From Selaginella moellendorffii (Eukaryota > Plantae > Lycopodiophyta): DNA of 6,097 nucleotides. The notes below the pieces were generated by a model. It was not told the origin of the DNA. It saw only the letters and a program-made list of their open reading frames with translations, and did no database searches. Below, in pieces: positions 1 through 6,097 of this stretch. The translations under genes were made by a program, and so were the position numbers. The stretch is from NCBI RefSeq assembly GCF_000143415.4, contig NW_003314396.1:234035-240131 (forward strand), given 5' to 3'. Position 1 is the first letter of the stretch; the number at the start of each line of letters is the position of its first letter.

Positions 1-910
1 ATATAAAGAAATTTAAATATATTATATTAAACCTTCTATATACCATTCATGAATTTTCTGATATATTATAGTTCTAGCATAACCATTCATTTATCATCAT
101 AAAATTTCAGCATTCATAACAGTGCTATAAAGCCTTAATTATGAATATAAATACATGAATATAGGGAGATAATAATCTTATTTCAGATTTATAAAAACAA
201 CTACAGAAATAATGTTTATGATATATAATAGAATACTTTCTATTTTAAATATTACTCTCAAAATGCATGAATATAAATATTAGGTAAAAAAGGAATATCA
301 ATGATAAATATGTAAAATATTATAATTTTATAAAAGAAAATATAACACATAAAGCTAACATCTTTCACTTATTGTTATGCAATTCCAGAACTTTCAGTCT
401 GAAATGATGAAAAGAGAAACTCCATAACAATGTTTATATTTTTTAAATTTAAAAGATGTATGCACTTTAGGTGAGTTTTTAAATATATATTAAATATATT
501 TTTAACATCATTATAATTGAGTGTACCTAAGTAACACATACTTTATTAAGAGGAGAAATTATATAGTTTAATAAATCATGAAACAATAAGATTTTTATCA
601 CTTATATAGAGATTTCAAATAAAAAAAAAATTAGTTAATAAAAAATGACTCATCTGAGCATTGGATCCCACAGTGAGAAATTCCATTTATAGAATATCCA
701 AGACTTCAGTCAACAATCAGAATTTTAAATATGATATAATGTACTGAGTTATATTTATTATGTTATGATGTTTGTTGGTAATGGAGTCAATTGTTGAAGA
801 TATTTTTAATATAAATATTATGATATGTTTAACTATATATCTTATAATTATGATTATGTTAAAAATTACACTCTTTGAAATTATTAAAATATCAGAAATA
901 AACACAATGC
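1..910 (+). other. AT-rich non-coding region, probably in part the body of the non-autonomous Helitron ending at 937
   Basis: Strongly AT-rich with no credible exons or ORFs, directly upstream of the Helitron end signal. The 5' end is not securely located; A|TC at 716-718 is only a weak candidate. Confidence 0.45.
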
Positions 911-1022
911 TCCCAGCATAGCTGGGACTTTTGCTAGTACTCTTTATTTAAAGTTGTTATTTTGGCATCGGTGTCACATATTCCATTTTTAGAATATCCA
1001 TTTTTACTTATGGTAGATGCTC
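657..1022. mobile_element. Possible degenerate Tourist/PIF-Harbinger-like MITE remnant
   Basis: The left end GAGCAT (657) and right end ...TAGATGCTC|TCA (to 1022) resemble GAGCATC-type TIRs. The 21-nt motif ATTCCATTTWTAGAATATCCA lies near both ends (680-700, 980-1000; 20/21 identical). The TIR match is short and the TSD is not clean. Confidence 0.3.
911..937 (+). mobile_element. Helitron 3' terminus (subterminal hairpin + CTAG, followed by host T)
   Basis: TCCCAGC-ATA-GCTGGGA is a perfect 7-bp GC-rich stem with a 3-nt loop (911-927) in AT-rich DNA. It is followed by CTTTTG, CTAG (934-937) and T938. This matches the established Helitron 3' signature (16-20 nt hairpin ~10 nt before CTRR, insertion at A|T). 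Confidence 0.75.
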
Positions 1023-1210
1023 TCAATTCAACGATCCAGATCTGTGATGCTCCAAAGCAATGGTGAGGATTGTTACATGAGCTTGGTTTTAGGTTTAAGA
1101 AACGGTTAATATGGCTGTCCGTATCTGGAGCATATTGGATGCTAAAATTTTATTGTGGGAGAAGAAGGGCACGGATGAGAAGTAGAGCTTTCCCGTCCAG
1201 TATATTACAC

Positions 1211-1722
1211 ATCCAAGAGCTCAAGAAGAATGGGACATCAGAGGTGATTTTTGTTTGATATCTGTTCCTCATTACCGAAGCTCGCTGCCACAGATTCTGG
1301 AGTGCACAAGAGATTGTTGGACTTCCAGGGAGTAGTTAGTGGAAAAGGTAGCTGACCTGTTTCATCACTTTGTTTCATTTCTGTGCTGCTGCAGAGTGAC
1401 AACTTGCACACCAAGATAGAGGAGAGAAGCTGTAGTAAAAGTAAGCCCACACCCCATCTCTGTGGCCGTGTGTCTGAATCCAATATTGCAGGGAAGAGGA
1501 ACGTCAGCTCCAGAAGAAGAAAAAGAGACGAGCAAAAGGCCCTTCCTGTCTGTCATTTTTGGACGAGGTCGACAGTGACACTGATGAAAGGGAAATGACA
1601 GCGATGAGGGCGAAATTGACAGCACTGGTATGGTTTGGCAGCTTCAATCAAATCCAGTAAAAGATGAGAGGTGGCAGATGAACGGAAAAAATAAAAAAGA
1701 CTGGGCAAGTTTGGGATCTCAC
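1211..1722 (+). pseudogene. XCT: Decayed fragment of XAP5 CIRCADIAN TIMEKEEPER (FAM50/XAP5 family)
   Basis: Exon pieces IQELKK..GTSE | ILE..EIVGL..RE*LVEK | ..NLHTKIEE | EEERQLQKKKKRRAKGPSCLSFLDEVDSDTDE..DST | DERKK*KRLGKFG match the recalled XCT order IQELK..TS.EIL.TAFKKETVGLVTRE.YVEKRVNIR.K.EEE..EEELQL.KR.KR..G..RLSF..GK.GKDP. GT-AG introns lie at 1244-1293, 1348-1394, 1441-1491 and 1628-1677. Stops, frameshifts and internal deletions are present, and both ends are truncated. Confidence 0.9.
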
Positions 1723-2152
1723 CAGTGTGGGAAAGACTGGGTAATGCTTTGTGTGTTCGTGTTTTTCCAACCATGCTGTTCGTGATTCCAGCGGAAGTTC
1801 TCGAAGGCCAGCGAGAGTCGAGCTAGGAGAAGTTCAACTCGCAAAGCTCTTGGCAGGAAAGAGGTGGATCAGACGCCATAAACACGTAAACCTCCTATTT
1901 TCTTTCATTTTCTTTCATTTTTTTCTTCAGGAATTCCATCTCTTGTTGCCAAGCCGCTGGGGTGTAGGGAATTAAAATGCCTGATCCAGTAAATTCATGA
2001 AGCCTTGTTCCGCTATTCCTGACGAACACTGTAGGTACTCCAAAGGCCTCAGCTACGATTCTATACTGGACTGGGACAGGAATGCTGCTTCTCGATCTTC
2101 CTCGCATTCGTTATTATTCTTCTCAGAACTTGGTAACCACAATTTTCACTAA
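1720..2152 (+). pseudogene. Unidentified spliced gene fragment A (probable 3' end of a gene)
   Basis: Phase-0 GT-AG introns 1741-1791 and 1864-1930 give HQCGKDW|RKFSKASESRARRSSTRKALGRKE|EFHLLLPSRWGVGN*NA*SSKFMKPCSAIPDEHCRYSKGLSYDSILDWDRN...NFH*. Internal stops at 1973 and 1982; final stop at 2150-2152. Family not recognised and frame inferred. Confidence 0.5.
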
Positions 2153-2286
2153 AATATAAAACAAGCACTGACTAAAGTGACGCAGATACCCAAGTTAATT
2201 CAAAAATCTGGACCGCATGCTGGTATAGTGGCATAAAAAAAATTACGATGCTAATCAAAATCTCTCTCTCTTGCACTTCTTTTTAG

Positions 2287-2620
2287 GTGAAAGTTGTTCT
2301 TTTTTTTGACACAAGAGAGCGTCCACTTCCATTCGTAAGAGAAGCGGCCAAGAAGTACTCCGAGTTGATGTCTTTCGGATGTATTTTGTGGAGGCAAGAG
2401 GAAGCTTCGATTGGAAAAGCCGGTAGTTTTAGTGATAATCACGTGAATTGATTCATGCTTTTGCGTGTGAAGCAGGATTGGATTAGAGTTGACACCGGCA
2501 GTAGTTTTCATCAAAGATCCAAGTGTCCAGCCCATAATTGTTTATGATAAGAATCTTCTTTGTGGCAGCTTTGAGGATTTCTTTCACTTTGCGGGTAAAT
2601 TGACCCGTGACTCCTTCTCA
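2287..2620 (+). pseudogene. Fragment of a DNAJC16-like DnaJ/thioredoxin-fold protein gene
   Basis: VKVVLFFDTRERPLPFVREAAKKYSELMSFGCILWRQEEASI.. | IGLELTPAVVFIKDPSVQPIIVY | GKLTRDSF resembles the recalled plant motif KV..FSKTGERA.PFVRQAAKDY....F..VLWREEESS.W....ESAPAIV..KDPG.KPVVYHG. Intron 2423-2475 is intact. Intron 2547-2594 appears to have both splice sites mutated (AT...GG). Confidence 0.7.
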
Positions 2621-2722
2621 TTTCTCTTGATCTCTGTGGCTAACTTGGTTCTTGTTGCGCAAGAGCAAGTAACAGAGGGCTGTTTGGGAGTTCAAGATTT
2701 TATTTCTTTTATTCCTTTCCAG

Positions 2723-3259
2723 ACAACCAACGACCTTTGGGCTAAACACTCTAAAGTCGTTTATCTAAACTCTTGGGATGCTATTAGAAAGGTTCATAAA
2801 GTTATGTTTAGTCTGATGACTTCTCCAGTTTTCTTGTGTAGATTCAAACTAGTGGCGAGAAACTGACTCCACCATTTTCGGCCTGTCAAATCTCTTGGTT
2901 TTGGTGACACAGGAAGGTGAGTTTTTCCATAGTCGTTTCTTATATATGAGATTATAAAGCCTTTTTGTGATGCAAGTGTACATTTAGCATAGTTGAAAGG
3001 TTTCTCCCAGTATTTTGCCATGAAGAGCACAGATAAGAGCGTCATAATAAGCAGAAACAAGGTGATATTTCTGTCTTGAAACTTGCTCTGATCTTTTGAA
3101 CAGGTTCATTGTGCATGTGCTGGAAGAGAGATTCTTGGATTGATCTTGCTTTCTAAATTGACTTTTTCCTTGCAGTTTGCGACTCATGTTTGCTTAGCAA
3201 TAGACTTTTATCCTGCAGGGGAACTCTTTCTTCAAATGGAGAAACAACCACTAAAATTC
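2723..3259 (+). pseudogene. PHOT: Decayed phototropin fragment (linker after LOV2/J-alpha plus AGC kinase subdomains I-V)
   Basis: Exons: 2723-2791 TTNDLWAKHSKVVYLNSWDAIRK; 2842-2916 IQTSGEKL(fs)HFRPVKSLGFGDTGS; 2977-3061 VHLA*LKGFSQYFAMKSTDKSVIISRNK; 3104-3142 VHCACAGREILGL; 3176-3259 FATHVCLAIDFYPAGELFLQMEKQPLKF. These match phototropin DLWANHSK..WxAIQK / HFRPIKPLGSGDTGS / VHLVEL..FAMKAMDK..NRNK / VHRACAEREIL / THICLITD.CPGGELF, with introns at the recalled PHOT positions. Stop at 2990; frameshift near 2868; the DHPFLP segment is deleted. Confidence 0.93.
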
Positions 3260-3475
3260 GTTGATCGAGCTCTCCAATCCAGTGTTCAGGTAGCATTTTT
3301 CTCTTTTTGGTTTTGTACTTGTAAGATCCAGTTTTTGACTGTGTTTTTTCTCTTTTCTCTCCAGTTGCAGGGGATTGCCATGAGCATTAAGGGCAGAGCC
3401 TAGGATCTGCGTTGGTTGACTCTGGGATCACATTGCCTCTGGGCACATTTAGTTTATGAGACAATGATGGCAACT
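3260..3475 (+). pseudogene. Unidentified spliced gene fragment B
   Basis: VDRALQSSVQ | intron 3290-3364 (GTAG...long pyrimidine tract...CAG) | 111-nt phase-0 exon LQGIAMSIKGRA*DLRWLTLGSHCLWAHLVYETMMAT | GTATGT donor at 3476. One stop at 3401. Confidence 0.5.
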
Positions 3476-3725
3476 GTATGTTAGAATCAAATAAATTTTG
3501 AAGTTCACATTTCTGATGTTGTGGTTGAAGGGGATGTTATTTCCTCTGATCACTTGTCACAATATTTCCCAGAATTTATATTTTTGTTTGTGAAATCAAA
3601 TAAAATTAATATGAGTCGTTTTCTATACAAACACTAAGGGTAGTTAAGTTTTTTTCTTTAGGTTTTACAAAAAATGGAAGAGGATGTTGAGAACCGGGAA
3701 ATTTGGAAGTTTCATAAGCATCAAC

Positions 3726-4040
3726 CTTTTAGAGTTAATGGCAGATGTTAATCCTTCTGCCCTACATCACATGGAGAGGCAGAGGGCATAACATTTATTT
3801 ATCTCATAGATGACACGTGCAAGTTCATCAGTGTTGACAAAATATCGCCAGACATGGCAACACTTCCAAGGTCCCAAAGAATGTCATCATGGTGACATCC
3901 AAATGCATGGCGCAATCTTGAATTTTCATCCTGTTAAACCACAGTTCCACATAAGAACATTCCCAGCTTGCAGACCTATAATACAGGATAATACTTCTCG
4001 GCTATAACAATGAAGACAAATAAGGTGATAGCATGAACTT
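3726..4040 (-). pseudogene. Unidentified spliced gene fragment C
   Basis: Minus strand: ..IAEKYYPVL* | intron 3975-3931 (GT-AG) | exon 3930-3803 DENSRLRHAFGCHHDDILWDLGSVAMSGDILSTLMNLHVSSMR | intron 3802-3762 (donor AT, acceptor TAG) | exon 3761-3726 AEGLTSAINSKR. Splice phases are consistent; family not recognised. Confidence 0.45.
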
Positions 4041-4128
4041 TGAGATTTGTGTGAGCAAAGCCGGGCATGTGGTTATAATTCGGTCTGGATCACTCTGATT
4101 TGTTTTCACTTTCCTTTTGAAACTGCAG

Positions 4129-4965
4129 GAAAAGACATGGACAACAAAACCACCCCGAAAGCCTGAAGTAATGAAAAGAGAGCCAAACCAGGGATCGATC
4201 TTGGTAATGACAAAGAGATCGCGGAAGAGCAAGTTCACACGTCCAGGAAAATGGTGACTGGCAATCTTTTAATAGACTTGTCTGCTAATGAGATATTATG
4301 CAGATTGTTATAAGGGCTACAAGAAAGCAGGTGCAGTAGCATTTAGTGACCGCGATGCCATGGTTATTACTTCAAATTACATGTCCAACATTTTTCATCA
4401 CAAGAAACTTTTAGTAGTGGCCAAATGGAATGCCGTCCTTTCAAAGATCCAGCATATGACAAGTGTTGGCTGAACAAAACATTGGAATACAGTCAGTTCC
4501 AATCACTTGAGACAGACGTCGTGCGTCTCGACTTTATGTGCTGCTAAGGTAAAGTGATAGATCACAGAGAGGTGTCTCAAAATAACTGTGTACAATATCA
4601 GCCTCAAATGCTGACTGATGAGAACAGAAAGATCATTCTTGACAGTGTTTACATGTGTGCCTCTCTGGATTCATCAAAGCCAAGGTAAGCCCACTGAATT
4701 TATCTGGTCCTTAACAGCATTTTCTTTGCAGATTTGTCGATGCTTTGGAGCCAAACGAAGTTCTGGACTTATTTGAAGAGGACTTTGCAAGCTTTGGGAG
4801 CATGCAAGACAGAAAACAAACAGTGTTATAACGATGAGATCTCGTGTTGGTCATCCAATCCATCAATCAGCTCTTGCTGGATTTGGTCAGGAATTTCAAG
4901 CATTTTCGGATCTACTATATAGCAAACGAAAAATGATTTCTGCAATTAATTGGAACGTGAACAGC
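4129..4965 (+). pseudogene. DNAI3: Decayed fragment of axonemal inner-arm I1/f dynein intermediate chain IC140 (WDR63/DNAI3)
   Basis: KPGIDLGNDKEIAEEQVHTSRKM | IVIRATRKQ..GAVAFSDRDAM | ETFSSGQMECRPFKDPAYD..AEQNIGIQSVP.. | NNCVQYQPQMLTDENRKIILDS..SKPR | FVDALEPNEVLDLFEEDFASF.. | EFQAFSDLLYSKRKMISAINW follows the recalled WDR63/IC140 order KPWVS.GSEKEI..FGAP..FSD..MECRPFKDP..QY.PRE..ALQQNE..F.DD..EYQSFTDL..K.I..V.W. Introns at 4254-4303, 4363-4403, 4685-4731, 4834-4890 and probably 4521-4560. Several frameshifts and a stop at 4508. Confidence 0.85.
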
Positions 4966-4967
4966 AA

Positions 4968-5551
4968 CAATTAAAAACGGTTCTTGCAAGAATGATGACC
5001 TCCATCACTCATGAATGCCAAATTGCGAGGAAAGTAGAATCAAGTCAATGGGTTTTGCTAGGGTAACTGCCGTCAATGGCCGATACATCATTGGAGTATG
5101 TTCTATGACCAAGAGTTCATAAGAGAAATCGGCATCCTTTCTCCTCTTCTTGGCGCTTCTCAGGCAGTAGTTGGCATTCCTGATTCAGAAACTTCACCTA
5201 TGAAAACATGGGTGGAGCTATAAGTTCAGACCAGCAGACCATTCAGAAGGCAAGATCCAACACATATCTTCAAGCTCCAACCTTGTGAGCAGGCTAGAAG
5301 TAACACAACCACCATCGTTCTCCTGGAATCCCGCCTTCTGCAGGAACAAGAACAAGAATCCCAAAGCTTCACATTTCACAGGTTTCTTTGGTTTTAGGAA
5401 GCAAAAAAAAACATGCATACCAGTCTAGTAAAAGATGCTGCTCCTGATAACAGCTTGTGAATCTCCCCTACCCCAGTAGCAAGATTAAGATAGCTCCCAG
5501 ACAATACTGGTTTCCACATTAAGAAAATGAATTGTTGGACTCCTCTTTTCT
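4968..5551 (-). pseudogene. Unidentified spliced gene fragment D (resembles an uncharacterised plant protein)
   Basis: Minus-strand exons: 5551-5421 (..YLNLATGVGEIHKLLSGAASFTRL), 5337-5240 (KAGFQENDGGCVTSSLLTRLELEDMCWILPSEW) and 5197-~4968 (*SF*IRNANYCLRSAKKRRKDADFSYELLVIEHTPMMYRPLTAVTLAKPIDLILLSSQFGIHE*WRSSFLQEP). GT-AG introns 5420-5338 and 5239-5198 have matching phases. Three TGA stops. Confidence 0.6.
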
Positions 5552-5580
5552 CTGTAAACAATGAGTCATTCTTGCACAAT

Positions 5581-6092
5581 CACAAAGATGAAGAGAGCAA
5601 ACTTCGCCTCCTTCAAAGGATTATAATTGAAAATTTAGTTCTGTAGGTAGAGTGGACGCTGAGAACCAAGTTTGAAATTATATGAAAGGAGACTTTGAAA
5701 GTTCGTAACCCATACAGGCCGAGGGTGTCTATAATTAAAAATTGCTATCACACTTGACAAGGTAAATGCTCCTTTTTTCTTTTCCTATTTTTATTTCTTT
5801 GCATTCCTCTTTTTGTGACAGAGTTTTCTTCTGCTGCTTTCAAGCGTGTCCTACAGTCATTGTTCATAGATCCTCAGGCACCGCTATTGAGAAAGCTTGA
5901 CTAGAAGGAACTTGTTTACGGCTGTGGAGTGGGAACTCAATTGTAATGATGCCACACATCCCACTGGATAGACTAACTGAGTTGAAGCAGCAGGTTCAAG
6001 AGTATGTGAAGATGTAAGGGATGATGGGGAAGGTGGGGCCTCTAGGATTGATGTTGGCATGGACACTTTTGCTGTGTCATCGAGCTCACCAG
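5581..6092 (+). pseudogene. Unidentified spliced gene fragment E (runs off the window)
   Basis: HKDEESKLRLLQRIIIENLVL*VEWTLRTKFEII*KETLKVRNPYRPRVSIIKNCYHT*Q | strong intron 5762-5821 | EFSSAAFKRVLQSLFIDPQAPLLRKLD*KELVYGCG (fs) NSIVMMPHIPLDRLTELKQQVQEYVK.. | GTATG donor at 6093. Confidence 0.55.
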
Positions 6093-6097
6093 GTATG

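Noticed and set aside
717-905. 62-aa minus-strand ORF
   Set aside because: Ile-rich low-complexity product of AT-rich DNA with a non-ATG start.
911-932. Hairpin plus T-run as a bacterial intrinsic terminator
   Set aside because: The context is eukaryotic (spliceosomal introns), and the following CTAG|T fits a Helitron end better.
1441-1450. GTAAGCCCAC identical to 4685-4694
   Set aside because: Both are intron donors, so half of the match is splice consensus and the rest is plausibly chance.
1897-1920. Tandem ATTTTCTTTC x2 (and GAACAA repeats near 5344-5358)
   Set aside because: Ordinary intron polypyrimidine tracts.
2723-3259. Functional PHOT or neochrome gene
   Set aside because: No LOV or phytochrome domains and no catalytic loop; internal stop and frameshift; introns retained.
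1070-6066. ORF-track entries as real standalone CDSs
   Set aside because: They are short, often non-ATG, and mostly antisense, off-frame or intron read-through of the decayed fragments. None gives a complete protein.
1-6097. CRISPR array, tRNA/rRNA, transposase, Rep/helicase or RT coding sequence
   Set aside because: No regularly spaced repeats, RNA-gene signatures or TE protein motifs were recognised by eye.

Overview
This is eukaryotic (land-plant) genomic DNA with no intact gene. Bases 1-~1020 are very AT-rich and non-coding. They contain a canonical Helitron 3' terminus (hairpin 911-927, then CTAG|T at 934-938) and a possible Tourist/PIF-like MITE remnant. From ~1210 to the end, the window is a dense, nearly spacer-free mosaic of about nine decayed fragments of unrelated genes, each ~200-850 bp. 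Recognisable fragments come from XCT/XAP5 (FAM50), a DNAJC16-like DnaJ/thioredoxin-fold gene, phototropin (kinase N-lobe) and the axonemal dynein intermediate chain IC140/WDR63/DNAI3. Five more spliced fragments could not be named. All fragments keep very short introns (mostly 40-60 nt) and most carry stops, frameshifts, deletions or broken splice sites. This points to DNA-level gene-fragment capture (Helitron or Pack-type element) in a compact-genome plant with flagellated sperm, most plausibly Selaginella (inference). Family assignments come from manual translation and recalled motifs, not database searches.
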